64,000 nt of DNA from an uncultured Clostridia bacterium (GTDB taxonomy: Bacteria; Bacillota; Clostridia; TANB77; CAG-508). Position 1 is the stretch's first letter, and every line of letters starts with the position of its first letter. The notes under the pieces were generated by a model, which was given only the letters and a program-made list of their open reading frames with translations, ran no database searches and was not told the DNA's origin. Below are positions 11,451-22,141 of the stretch, piece by piece. The translations under genes and the position numbers were made by a program. Location: the NCBI GenBank assembly GCA_949388605.1, contig CASKJV010000009.1:1213-65212 (forward strand). Direction: 5' to 3'.

Positions 11451-12956
11451 TTACGCGTTTTCTTCTATTATTTCCTTTAACTTTTGCCAGATTCTCACCA
11501 TTGCATAAGTATCTAGCTTACAATACTCTAATAGTCCTTTTCTTAAGATTTCTTGTTCTTCTTTAGTTTTTCCTGATAGGCTTAAAAATGTATCTGATGC
11601 TTCCATTCCGTTATGAACTACTGGTAAGTTATGGTAGTTAAGTTCTGGATCATCAGGGAATAATGCTGGTAGAACGTACTTTATTGAATATGAACCATGC
11701 AGTGCTTTTGTGTAATAATATCTTTTACTAAATGGAATCATTAAGTCTTTTATATTTTCTCTTATATTTAGTAAATGTTCCGCCAGGTCTGGATATAATT
11801 GTGCTAGTTTTTTTATTACACCTTTTTCAAATCCCATATTGTATGCTGTAACACATACATTTTGCGGAATATTTTGCACCAGTCTTTCTGCCAATTTTCT
11901 TCTTGGATCAACTCCTGCTTCTGCTAAAAATTCTTTATGCTTAATTTCTCCATTCTCTTTCTCAATATAATGAAGCGAATATTGAAATGGTATTTGCATA
12001 TATGGACTAACACCATCAAATTCAGGAATTGATTGTTGGAATGTTTCAAAATCTAAAAAGTATATTGGAAATGATAATGTATTCATAAAAGCTTTTATAT
12101 TATCTATATCTATTTTATCTTCTCTATTATGTATTTCAAAATCAATTTGTTCTAGATATTTCTTGTTCATATCTTCGTATTGCAAATCTTCAAAGCTTAT
12201 TACTCCTTTATTGTATTTTTTAAACTTTGTAGTCTTATACATTCCTGCTATGTTAAATACATTAGGCTTAGGTAAGTTCCGTGTGCAATATTGCCAGTAT
12301 TCACATTCATACGGATTTTCGCAATGCAAACCTAATTTGCTTTCTGGCTCATTTTCTTCATCGTTTTTTCTCATATATTCATTTATTTGAGCTATTTTAT
12401 TTCTAATTTCTTCTTGTTTTGCTTTTGCTATTTCCGTAATATCTTGGATATTGAACAATCTATTTATATCCAGGTTTCCTTGTCTTATATACTCATTATT
12501 TATATATACAATACTTACCTTTTTTATATTAAATCCTAAATTACTCAGAATATAATATTGGTATGAAGCATCTTCTAAATACATGTCATTAACTTGTGTT
12601 GAGCTTTTTACTTCATATATTTCAATACCATCATTATCATTTTTTAGAATATCTACACTACAAAAGTTATTATCATAATTAAAGCATGCTTCAGTAATGA
12701 TATTAGGTTTATTTTTCAACAAACTGTTTGTTCGTCTAATCATTACATTTAAATTTTCGTCATATGGAACATCTTCATATTTTCCAAATAAACTTTTAGC
12801 TATTTTTCCTACCTTTCTTCCATTTTCTAAAACAGATTCTCTTGTTGTTTTTACTTTTTCTTTTGTTTTATATTTATCTAACCATAATATTTTGAGACAC
12901 TGTACCGCCTTGCAATATTTTGATTTCGATAAATGTACTCCGTGAAAATTTTCCAT
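11451..12956 (-). CDS. DUF2779-type protein: PD-(D/E)xK nuclease-like N-domain plus RNase H-like domain
   Basis: LSKSKY..C, VDIL..IYEVKSS, C..PYEC..W..C, FLDFET, PFQYSLH, GSYSIKYVLP, YCKLDT. Confidence 0.8.
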   Translation of the reverse strand: MENFHGVHLSKSKYCKAVQCLKILWLDKYKTKEKVKTTRESVLENGRKVGKIAKSLFGKYEDVPYDENLNVMIRRTNSLLKNKPNIITEACFNYDNNFCSVDILKNDNDGIEIYEVKSSTQVNDMYLEDASYQYYILSNLGFNIKKVSIVYINNEYIRQGNLDINRLFNIQDITEIAKAKQEEIRNKIAQINEYMRKNDEENEPESKLGLHCENPYECEYWQYCTRNLPKPNVFNIAGMYKTTKFKKYNKGVISFEDLQYEDMNKKYLEQIDFEIHNREDKIDIDNIKAFMNTLSFPIYFLDFETFQQSIPEFDGVSPYMQIPFQYSLHYIEKENGEIKHKEFLAEAGVDPRRKLAERLVQNIPQNVCVTAYNMGFEKGVIKKLAQLYPDLAEHLLNIRENIKDLMIPFSKRYYYTKALHGSYSIKYVLPALFPDDPELNYHNLPVVHNGMEASDTFLSLSGKTKEEQEILRKGLLEYCKLDTYAMVRIWQKLKEIIEENA

Positions 12957-13101
12957 AGTACTATTCCTCCTTAAATAATAATTATTGTTTAAGTTGTTTT
13001 CATTTTTACTATATATAATATCACCACATATGTTTTTATATTAACATATTATGGTGTTTATTTTCCATAATCATTTTTTTAAATGGATTTAATAAAGTTA
13101 T

Positions 13102-13965
13102 TTATATTACTATATCTCTTTTCAAAAGATTATTTTTTACAGTTCCTAAACCAATGTAATTATCTTCTGAATCGTATATATTATATACACCATCTTCAAA
13201 ATTAAATGTTAACATTACTCCATTTAAAAACAATTCTTTTTTTCTATTGTTTAATTTTATTTGAGAGAATTGTAAAAATACTTCTTTCATTGAAATTAAT
13301 TTATCTTCAATATTATCTTTTAATTCTTCTAGTGTTTCAAAATCTATCGCCATATCTATAGAAAATTTATCTACTAAAACTCTATTTAATGAACTCATAT
13401 ATCCTATTGTTCCTAAAGCTTTGCTAATATCTTCACATAAACTTCTTATATATGTTCCTTTAGAACAACTAACTTTAAATTCAATTTCCAAATTACTTAT
13501 ACTTAATAATTCTATATTATAAATTTCGATATCTCGAGGCTCTACTTTTACTTCAATTCCTTGTCTTGCATATTCATAAAGTTTCTTTCCATCTACTTTA
13601 ATTGCAGAATACATTGGTGGAATTTGCTTTTGTTTTCCTAAAAATCTATTTAAAACTTTTTTTACATTATCTTCTGATAATTTATTTAAATCAACATCTT
13701 GTGTTTCAATAATATTTCCTTCAACATCACCTGTATCACTTTTTTCCCCAATTTTAATTTTGGCTATATAAGTTTTATCATGTTCAATTAAATATTTTGA
13801 AAGCTTTGTATAATTACCAAGCAATACTGGTAAAACTCCAGTTGCCATTGGATCTAATGTTCCTGTATGTCCTGCTTTTTTAATATTTAAAATTTTTTTT
13901 ACTTTTGATACAACATCTTGTGATGTAAAACCTTGTGGTTTATTTATAATTAAAATTCCTTGCAT
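13102..13965 (-). CDS. truB: tRNA pseudouridine(55) synthase
   Basis: GHTGTLDPMATGVL, PPMYSA, CSKGTYIRSL. Confidence 0.97.
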   Translation of the reverse strand: MQGILIINKPQGFTSQDVVSKVKKILNIKKAGHTGTLDPMATGVLPVLLGNYTKLSKYLIEHDKTYIAKIKIGEKSDTGDVEGNIIETQDVDLNKLSEDNVKKVLNRFLGKQKQIPPMYSAIKVDGKKLYEYARQGIEVKVEPRDIEIYNIELLSISNLEIEFKVSCSKGTYIRSLCEDISKALGTIGYMSSLNRVLVDKFSIDMAIDFETLEELKDNIEDKLISMKEVFLQFSQIKLNNRKKELFLNGVMLTFNFEDGVYNIYDSEDNYIGLGTVKNNLLKRDIVI

Positions 13966-13977
13966 AATTTATATCCT

Positions 13978-15450
13978 TTATTTTTGAGTGTTTTCTCTTT
14001 TATATTGTTTAATATTTGCTTTTGAATCAATTGAACTACTTATCCCATCTGGTGTCATCATCGAAACATAATCTACATCAAGTTCTTTAAATAATTGTAT
14101 TTCACTTAATACATCTTCTGGAGATGCACCATATTCATGCTTCATTTTTTCTAAAAATTCTTGAGTTAGTTTAAAATTAACTCTTCTATTTTTTAATTGC
14201 TCTTTTGGTATTTGAGCTAAAATAGAATTTCTTATCATAAATGTTTCAAAAGATATCTTTTCTTCATAATCACTTTCATATTTAGCACCAAGAAATATTA
14301 ATTCTTCAATTCTTTCAAAATTTTCTTGTGTTAAATTTTGATTAAATCTATCCATTGAATCCAAAATTTGTTTTAATTGGATATCATATTTTGTATCTTT
14401 TGGATTACTAATTCCAACTAAATTTGGAAGAGCACTATCTGTTAATTTTGTTAATACATCTCTTGAATTTTCATTAATTCCATTATTGTTGTTTATAGTG
14501 CATCCTGATGCATTATAATGGCCACCACCACCCATACTAGCTGCAATATAAAATACATCTACATTTCCTAAATCTTTTGCACTTCTAAATTCACAAAAGA
14601 AGTTATTTGGTATATTTTCTACTATAGCAACTGCTAAACTTGTGTTTTCTATATTCATCAATCTAAAAACTTTTTTATCTAGATATCTTATTTGATATTG
14701 TTCTTCTAAACTTTTAACAGTTTTATTATCTAATCCATAATAATTTAAATATGTCTTTCCTACTTTTATTCTTTTTGTATGTAATAAAGCTTTTGCTAAG
14801 CCAACTTCTTGATTAAGTGGTCTTTTAAATTCCAAACATGATTTTACTTTTCCAAAATCTGCACCTGATTTTAAAAGCATATTTAATGAGTTTAAAGAAT
14901 CTTCTTTAAGATATCTAAATTTTGAAGTATCTGTCCATAATCCAAGAAGCAATTTAGTTGCATAATCTTTATTTAATAATCTATCTTGTTCTAACATTTC
15001 AGCTAATATTTCGCTAGTAGAACTAGATTTTGAATTTCTACAAATATTTTTGGTTGGTAATTTTAGTTCATCTTCTATACTTACAGTATCTGCTTCTTTT
15101 TTATGATGATCTATAACAAATATATTTTCAGGACTTGAATAAGAAAATAGTCTATTTTCTGCATGACCTACAGTGCTAGTATCTAAAATAACAGATATAT
15201 CATTTCTATTTACTCTTCCCTGAAAACTTTGAGTTTCTCCAAGTACTCTACTATATCTGTTATTTACTCTTTGAGATTTTACAATATATTTTGCATATAT
15301 CCCATTACTTTGTAATACATTTTCTAGTGTTTTTGATGATGCTATTGCATCACCATCAGGATATTTATGGGAATATATATTCACCTTTCTATTTTCTTTT
15401 TTTGCTTTTTCTATAATTGTTCTTAATATACTATAATTTCTATTTTCCAT
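13978..15450 (-). CDS. DHH/DHHA1 phosphoesterase (NrnA-like) with C-terminal extension
   Basis: HKYPDGDA, DTS, IDHH, TDT..F, GGGHYNASG. Confidence 0.8.
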   Translation of the reverse strand: MENRNYSILRTIIEKAKKENRKVNIYSHKYPDGDAIASSKTLENVLQSNGIYAKYIVKSQRVNNRYSRVLGETQSFQGRVNRNDISVILDTSTVGHAENRLFSYSSPENIFVIDHHKKEADTVSIEDELKLPTKNICRNSKSSSTSEILAEMLEQDRLLNKDYATKLLLGLWTDTSKFRYLKEDSLNSLNMLLKSGADFGKVKSCLEFKRPLNQEVGLAKALLHTKRIKVGKTYLNYYGLDNKTVKSLEEQYQIRYLDKKVFRLMNIENTSLAVAIVENIPNNFFCEFRSAKDLGNVDVFYIAASMGGGGHYNASGCTINNNNGINENSRDVLTKLTDSALPNLVGISNPKDTKYDIQLKQILDSMDRFNQNLTQENFERIEELIFLGAKYESDYEEKISFETFMIRNSILAQIPKEQLKNRRVNFKLTQEFLEKMKHEYGASPEDVLSEIQLFKELDVDYVSMMTPDGISSSIDSKANIKQYKRENTQK

Positions 15451-15528
15451 ATAATATTTATCCCTCCAAATAACATTTTATGAGTTAACATAAATATTAT
15501 ATCATATTTGAAATATTTTGTAAACTTC

Positions 15529-16011
15529 CTACCAATGATATGTTTCGTTATTTGAAATTTTAAAAGCTCTAAATACTTGTTCTAATAAAAATACTCTTAT
15601 TAATTGATGTGGAAATGTCATTTTTGAAAAGCATATTAGTTCATTTGATTTCTGCAATACATCATCTGTTAGTCCTAAAGTTCCACCTATTATAAAAGTA
15701 ATACTACTAAATCCTCTAACTGTAATATCTTCTATTTTTTTTGAAAAATCTTCTGATGTATGCTGTTTTCCTTTTAAGTCTAATGTAAAAACAAAGGAAT
15801 CCTTTTTTATTGAATTTATTATTTTGTTAGCTTCCTTATTTTTTATATCTTGTGCTATACTATCATTTATCTTATCTGGAATCTTTTCATCACTAAGTTC
15901 TATAAAATTTAATTTACAATATTTACTTAATCTTTTAGAATATTCAGAAACAGCATCTTTAAGATACTGCTCCTTTAATTTTCCTACACATATAATATTA
16001 ATACTTAACAT
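15529..16011 (-). CDS. rlmH: 23S rRNA pseudouridine-1915 N3-methyltransferase
   Basis: VGKLKE, FIIGG..G, SKMTFPHQL, YH terminus. Confidence 0.96.
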   Translation of the reverse strand: MLSINIICVGKLKEQYLKDAVSEYSKRLSKYCKLNFIELSDEKIPDKINDSIAQDIKNKEANKIINSIKKDSFVFTLDLKGKQHTSEDFSKKIEDITVRGFSSITFIIGGTLGLTDDVLQKSNELICFSKMTFPHQLIRVFLLEQVFRAFKISNNETYHW

Positions 16012-16021
16012 ATTTTATCCT

Positions 16022-17875
16022 CTATTCCCATTCACAAGTAGCTGGTGGTTTGCTTGTAACATCATACATTACAAATTCTATTTTGTCACTGAATCTATTT
16101 TCGATTTCTTTTACTATGTTTTCTATATCTTCTTTTGAAGCTTCACTTCCTATTATAGCTGGTCTTCCTGTCATGAAATCATTTGTTACAAAAGTTCTAA
16201 TTGCAATTGAATATTTTTTAGTAATTCCTACTGGTATTAAAACTGCAAAAGTCTGATTTGCTTTACTTTTTTCTAAATTTGAAGTAACTATATTATCAAC
16301 TTCACGAAGTAAATCTACTGATTCGTCACAAATATTCATATTAAAACAAGTAATATTTCCTTCTATTTTATCTTTATTTAATATATAAGCAATTCTGTTT
16401 ATTGAATGCACATTATCTGTAATTTCTTTTGCTTTATTTGTAACTAAATCCCAATCTAAGTTTGTTTTATTTCCATACATTACACATAAACTTCTATAGC
16501 TTCGAGCATCACCTTGTACACCAACAGAACGTAGTGGCAAGATATAAGCATTCTCTTTTGTGCTATTTAATATATTATTTACTTTTTTTACATCTTCTTC
16601 TGAGATAGCAATTTCATTTGATTTATTATGACCAATTAATCTTATTGCAAGTCCTGGCCCTGGGAAAGGCTGTCTTGATGCAATTTCTTCTGCTAATCCT
16701 AATTTTCTCGCAACTTTTCTAACTTCATCTTTATGCCAATCACTATTTGTTTCAATAATTAGGCCTTTTTTACGAGCTTCTCTAACAGCAAGAACATCAT
16801 TATGATGTGTTTTTATTTTATGCGCAAATCCACTTATATCAGGATTTCCACTTTCAATTAAATCTGGTCTTAAAGTTCCTTGAGCTATAAAAGTCTTTTC
16901 TGGATCTAAACCTAATCTTTCAATTACATTATTTGTAACTTTTATAAATATATCTCCAATTATAGCTCTTTTGTCTTCTGGTTCTATTGTATTTACAAGT
17001 GGTCCTATTTTTCTTGTATCAACTTCTATTTCTGTATTAAAGAAATAATCTTTCGCATTTTCTCTAATTAAATTCTTTAATCCTAAATCTTTTAAATTTT
17101 CACAAATAACATCACTTTCATTTTTTCTCATAAATCCTGAATCAACATGTATTGCATATATTTGATCTGGTGATAATGCTTTTACAAGTAATGCTGCTGT
17201 TACAGCTGAATCAACTCCACCACTTACTAAAACTATTACTTTATTATCTCCAACTTTATCTTTTATCATATTTATTGATGTTTGAATTCTATCATCTAAT
17301 GCATATACTTCTTTATATTCAGCTATTTTTCTTAGGAAATTTTCAAACATTACCATTCCATTTTCTGTTAAATCAACTTCTGGATGAAATTGGAAACCAT
17401 ATAGTTTTCTTGCTCTATTTCCAATACCTGCAATGGCATCTCCTGATTTGGCAATTATTTCAAAACCATTTGGTGCAATTTTTACTGTATCACCATGGCT
17501 CATTAAAACTTTTTGTTTTTTATCTAATCCTGCAAATATTGGTACTTCTGAATTTATTGTAATCTCATTTTGACCATACTCTTTTACAACATTACTATCT
17601 ACAACTCCACCAAAATAATCAGACATAAGTTGCATTCCATAACAAATTCCTAAAACTGGTATCTCCATTTCAAAAATTTTATTATCAAATTTTAATCTTT
17701 CATCAGAACCAATACTATTTGGCCCTCCAGATAAAATAACTGCTTTATAATCTTTTAATTTTTCTGCAGATACATTAATAGGAAATATTTCAGATTTTAC
17801 TCCTAATTCTCTTATTCTTCTGTCAATAACTTTTGTATATTGACCTCCACAATCTAGAATGGCTAGTTTTTCCAT
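16022..17875 (-). CDS. guaA: GMP synthase (glutamine-hydrolysing), long 617 aa form
   Basis: GICYGMQ, QFHPEV, SGGVDS, IKTHHN, PFPGPGL, SKPPATCEWE. Confidence 0.95.
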   Translation of the reverse strand: MEKLAILDCGGQYTKVIDRRIRELGVKSEIFPINVSAEKLKDYKAVILSGGPNSIGSDERLKFDNKIFEMEIPVLGICYGMQLMSDYFGGVVDSNVVKEYGQNEITINSEVPIFAGLDKKQKVLMSHGDTVKIAPNGFEIIAKSGDAIAGIGNRARKLYGFQFHPEVDLTENGMVMFENFLRKIAEYKEVYALDDRIQTSINMIKDKVGDNKVIVLVSGGVDSAVTAALLVKALSPDQIYAIHVDSGFMRKNESDVICENLKDLGLKNLIRENAKDYFFNTEIEVDTRKIGPLVNTIEPEDKRAIIGDIFIKVTNNVIERLGLDPEKTFIAQGTLRPDLIESGNPDISGFAHKIKTHHNDVLAVREARKKGLIIETNSDWHKDEVRKVARKLGLAEEIASRQPFPGPGLAIRLIGHNKSNEIAISEEDVKKVNNILNSTKENAYILPLRSVGVQGDARSYRSLCVMYGNKTNLDWDLVTNKAKEITDNVHSINRIAYILNKDKIEGNITCFNMNICDESVDLLREVDNIVTSNLEKSKANQTFAVLIPVGITKKYSIAIRTFVTNDFMTGRPAIIGSEASKEDIENIVKEIENRFSDKIEFVMYDVTSKPPATCEWE

Positions 17876-18038
17876 ATATTTCTCCTTTTTATTGTAAAAT
17901 TTCCCAAAGGGTTTCTATAGTAGAAAGTTCAAAGAACTTTCATATTATAGAACAAAAGTGAATTTTAAGCATATAATTTCATAATGCTCAAAATTCACTC
18001 GATTTTGCTTTTATATTCTTATTTATTTAAATTTGATT

Positions 18039-18218
18039 TTACATTGCAGTATTAGAAGGTTCTGCTATATTATTATATACTACCTCATTTGTTGATGGTT
18101 TCATATTTTCTTTTTTTTCATTACTTAACACTAAATTTATAGAAATTCCTGCTAAAATTATTAATGCTACTATAATTAATATTAACGCAACTAATGTAAT
18201 TCCTTTTTGACTTCTCAT
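18039..18218 (-). CDS. 59 aa type IV pilin-like peptide (not in ORF track)
   Basis: AGGAGG RBS; MRSQKG/ITLVALILIIVALIILAGISINLV class III signal-like N-terminus; promoter 18258-18286 and downstream hairpin 17954-18000. Confidence 0.8.
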   Translation of the reverse strand: MRSQKGITLVALILIIVALIILAGISINLVLSNEKKENMKPSTNEVVYNNIAEPSNTAM

Positions 18219-18580
18219 TTCTTTCCTCCTATAATTTAACTTTTGTTTATAGATATTATTTTACACATATTTACATTTAAATTCAATATTTTTCTTTTTT
18301 TTTATATTTCTTTTTTGTAACAGTTTAGTATTTCTTCAATAAATATAATATAATACATCTATATTTAAAGAAACTTTTATAAATTAAATTTTAGAATAAT
18401 AAAATTATAATAAATTCAAAATTTTATATTTCACAATAGAATAATTACTTTAAAATTCTAAATCTTTTTATAGATTTAAATAATTTATCATTTCAATATT
18501 CTTTAATAAAATTATTACTAATCTATGAATTTATTTATAAGAGTTTTAGTTAAATTTAATCAAATAAAGGAGCTAAAATT

Positions 18581-19945
18581 ATGTTTGATGAAATTATTGA
18601 AAATTCTAAAAATGAAATCATAGAGACAGTTTGTGATTTAATTAAATTTCCTAGTGTATCTGACGAAACAGAAAACTCTACTTATCCATTTGGTGAAGAA
18701 TGTAATAATATTTTAAATTATATTTTAGATTTAGGAAAATCTATGGGATTTAGAACTAAAAATATTGATGGATATTGTGGATATATTGAATTTGGCGAAG
18801 GTACTGAATTAGTTGGCATTATAGGCCATTTAGATGTTGTGCCCGCATATATTGAAGATGGTTGGACTACTCCTCCATTCTCACCTAACATTAGAGATGG
18901 AAAAATCTTTGGTAGAGGAGCAATCGATGATAAAGGTCCTGTTGTTGCTGCATTATATGCTATGAAAGCAATAAAAGAAACTGTTAATGTATCTAAAAGG
19001 ATTAGATTAATATTAGGTTTAAATGAAGAAAAATCTTGGAAATGTATTAATTATTATAAAGCACACGAAGAATCACCTTCTATTGGTTTTAGTCCTGATG
19101 CTAATTTTCCTGCAATATATGCAGAAAAAGGAATAATGTCTGTAGAACTAAAAAATAATTTTTATATAAAAGATTATGATATTTTGGAAGTTAATTGTAA
19201 TAATAATGCACTTAATGTTGTTCCAAAATATTGTTCTATAAAATTAAGAAAAAGATATAATTCGTGTTCTAATTTAAAACCAATACAAAATATAAAACTA
19301 ACTGAAAAGGATGATATACTATTTATAGAATCTTTTGGTATTTCAGCACATGCTGCTCATCCTGAGCTTGGAAATAATGCAATAAAAACATTAGTAAATT
19401 ATTTAATTAATAATTTTGAATTTGACACTTCTTATTTAAAAACATTATATGAAATTGGATTGTTTGATATTCAAAGCCCTAAATTTATGAGTGATAAAAT
19501 TTTAGAGGATGAATCTGGTATTCTTACTTCTAATATTGGATTTTTAAATTATATTAATAATAAATTAATTATTCGAATTAATTTAAGAGTACCTGTTACA
19601 ATAAATTTAGATACAATTTTTTCTAAATATACTAATTTAAACTCTCTATTTAGTAATTTAGAAGTACACAAATTAGCAACTCAAGATCCTCTATTTGTTG
19701 ACAAAAATAATTATTTAGTAAAAACTTTAGTCAATATTTTTAATAAAAAAACTCAACAAAATCTAGAAGCAATAGCTATTGGTGGTGGAACATATGCAAG
19801 AGCTTTTTCAAATTGTATTTCCTTTGGTGCTACAATGCCTAATGATAAGGATATGTGCCATCAAGTTGACGAGTTTGTAGAAATAGATAAACTAATTCTT
19901 TCTGGTAAAATTTATGCAGAGGCAATTTATGAGTTAAGTAAATAG
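18581..19945 (+). CDS. pepV: M20 dipeptidase PepV/Sapep family
   Basis: GHLDVVP, GRGAIDDKGP, EE, PDANFP, GGGTYAR, HQVDE. Confidence 0.88.
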   Translation: MFDEIIENSKNEIIETVCDLIKFPSVSDETENSTYPFGEECNNILNYILDLGKSMGFRTKNIDGYCGYIEFGEGTELVGIIGHLDVVPAYIEDGWTTPPFSPNIRDGKIFGRGAIDDKGPVVAALYAMKAIKETVNVSKRIRLILGLNEEKSWKCINYYKAHEESPSIGFSPDANFPAIYAEKGIMSVELKNNFYIKDYDILEVNCNNNALNVVPKYCSIKLRKRYNSCSNLKPIQNIKLTEKDDILFIESFGISAHAAHPELGNNAIKTLVNYLINNFEFDTSYLKTLYEIGLFDIQSPKFMSDKILEDESGILTSNIGFLNYINNKLIIRINLRVPVTINLDTIFSKYTNLNSLFSNLEVHKLATQDPLFVDKNNYLVKTLVNIFNKKTQQNLEAIAIGGGTYARAFSNCISFGATMPNDKDMCHQVDEFVEIDKLILSGKIYAEAIYELSK

Positions 19946-20083
19946 TTATGCATTTTTCCAAAACCCTTGAAATTCATTAGTAAAGATGTTATAATGTTTA
20001 CTATAATTAAATTTATCCCCTTCGTAACTGGTAAACTGTTCGGAGGGAAACCTCCGAATAACATTTTTTTGGAGGTGACTTCC

Positions 20084-20449
20084 ATGAAAACAGAAACAAA
20101 ATTAACTATTGCTACTGTATCAATATGGATAATAGCTTTAATTATGTTTTACGTAGGATTTCTTCCTATTTCATCAATTATTTTATTATCCGCTTCTACT
20201 GGGTTTATTACATCTGAGTTTATTTGTTACAATCTTATGAAATTACCCAATAAACCCTATAGTATTTACATAATTGCAAATAGCTATGCGGTTCAATGTA
20301 CCATACTTATGGCAGTAACAATGCTTTATATTGTCTTTTCATCAATATCTTGGCACGTTAATTTTTTGTTTTGGGGAACATTTGGAATAATGTTTTTTAT
20401 TAATATTCTTTCAAATAACTCTTGTAAATTCCCCACCATTAATAACTAA
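20084..20449 (+). CDS. Small 4-TM membrane protein
   Basis: GGAGGT RBS before ATG 20084; hydrophobic; promoter TTGAAA-17-TATAAT at 19967-19995. Confidence 0.65.
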   Translation: MKTETKLTIATVSIWIIALIMFYVGFLPISSIILLSASTGFITSEFICYNLMKLPNKPYSIYIIANSYAVQCTILMAVTMLYIVFSSISWHVNFLFWGTFGIMFFINILSNNSCKFPTINN

Positions 20450-20666
20450 AAAGTAAAATTATATTTTAAACTTTTTATCTATATCGCTTATGTAAAAACA
20501 TAAGCGATATTTGATTATAATGGAAATATAGTAATAATTATGTAAATTTACTTGCAAATTATTATAATTTGTAGTATACTATATTAGTATTAAATATATG
20601 TCCCTTTGAAACACATTAACATTTCGGAGGGAGTCCTCCGAACAACATTTCACAGGAGGTATGAAC

Positions 20667-20981
20667 ATGAAAAAAATTATCAAAGTGTTACTCGTTGTTT
20701 TATTGGTTGTGATGGCTTTCAAATTCATCTCAAGCGGAGTTATATTTTGGGGTATTTTAGGCTTTGCTTTACCGGCTGGTTTAAAATTCATCTCCAAATA
20801 CGATTGGATCCCTGCTTCATTAAATTTGAAAGACAATGCTTACCGGTATAGTGTATTAGCAGCCGTTGCTTTTGCAATCTTGCGATTGTTCTTTGGTTTC
20901 AGCTGGTTCATGTTCTTGGTTGGAAGTTTAATTGGTATTGGCATCTCGTATTATTTGGTACAGAAGCCTGCCCAAAACTAA
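20667..20981 (+). CDS. Small multi-TM membrane protein
   Basis: AGGAGGT RBS; hydrophobic; promoter TTGCAA-17-TATACT at 20552-20580; terminator 21013-21047. Confidence 0.65.
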   Translation: MKKIIKVLLVVLLVVMAFKFISSGVIFWGILGFALPAGLKFISKYDWIPASLNLKDNAYRYSVLAAVAFAILRLFFGFSWFMFLVGSLIGIGISYYLVQKPAQN

Positions 20982-21159
20982 TCCACGTGTAATGAAATAG
21001 ATTATATTTCTAAAGGGTGCTGATATATAAATATATCAGCACCCTTGTTTTTAATACTATTAATTGGTAGAAAACAAAAATTAATTTAACATGCATAGAA
21101 TATTTTTTATAAATTTAATAAAACCTTCACTTAATAGTGAAGGTTTTATTTTGCATATA

Positions 21160-22041
21160 TTAAGCTCTTGGATGAGCTTTTTTATAAATATCTTTTAAGT
21201 TTTCATTTTGAAATTGCATATATACTTGTGTTGAAGATATATCAGAATGTCCAAGCATTGTTTGGATTGCTTTTAAATCTGCTCCATTTTGTAAAAGATG
21301 TGTTGCAAATGAATGTCTTAAAACATGTGGTGTTATTTCTTTAGAGATATGAGCTTGCTCTTTGTAGAATTTAACAATTTTCCAGAATCCTTGTCTAGTT
21401 AATCTCTTTCCATTTATATTAACAAATAACGCTTTAACACTTTCATCTTTTACTAATATAGGTCTTGCTTTTTCGACATACTCTTTTAATGCTTTTAATG
21501 AAAGTGATCCTAATGGAATATTTCTAGTTTTAAATCCATTTTTACAAACAACATATCCTTGTTCAAGATTTGCATCTGTTATATCTAAGGAAATAATTTC
21601 AGTAACTCTCATTCCTGTTGCATAAGCAAATTCAAGCATTGCTTTATCTCTAATTCCTTTAAGATCTATTGTTTTTGGTTGCTCTAATAAAAGTTCTACT
21701 TCCTGAGAACTTAAAATACTAGGGATTTTTTTCTCAACCTTTGGAGATTGAACTCCTACTGTTGGATCATTTTTCACTTTTTTAGTTCTTAATAAAAATT
21801 GATAGAAAGATCTAATAGTAGCTAAATTTCTAGATATAGTTGATGTTTTTTTATTCATAGCTTTTAAATATTCAAAATATTTTTCTATATCTTCATTATC
21901 AATCTTTAAATAATTTAAACCATTTTTATCTATGTATTCTTGATATTGTGTAATATCTCTTTTGTATGATTGTAGTGTATTTGATGATAATTTTTTATCA
22001 TTTTCAAGAAACTCTAAAAAAAGTTTAATTTGTTTTTCCAT
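21160..22041 (-). CDS. xerD: Tyrosine recombinase XerD
   Basis: RDKAMLE..YATGMRVTE, LTRQGFWK, TPHVLRHSFATH, LGHSDISSTQVY; follows spoIIM as in Firmicutes. Confidence 0.92.
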   Translation of the reverse strand: MEKQIKLFLEFLENDKKLSSNTLQSYKRDITQYQEYIDKNGLNYLKIDNEDIEKYFEYLKAMNKKTSTISRNLATIRSFYQFLLRTKKVKNDPTVGVQSPKVEKKIPSILSSQEVELLLEQPKTIDLKGIRDKAMLEFAYATGMRVTEIISLDITDANLEQGYVVCKNGFKTRNIPLGSLSLKALKEYVEKARPILVKDESVKALFVNINGKRLTRQGFWKIVKFYKEQAHISKEITPHVLRHSFATHLLQNGADLKAIQTMLGHSDISSTQVYMQFQNENLKDIYKKAHPRA

Positions 22042-22141
22042 GGTTTAACCCCTCTCCATCTGTATTAATTTTATTTATTTTTCTAACATCAAAATTTACA
22101 TAAGTAGTTATATCAAATATCTTAAAAAAAGTAAAGCCTTT

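Noticed and set aside
21160-22041. xerD as a mobile-element integrase
   Set aside because: Housekeeping XerD motifs and conserved spoIIM-xerD synteny
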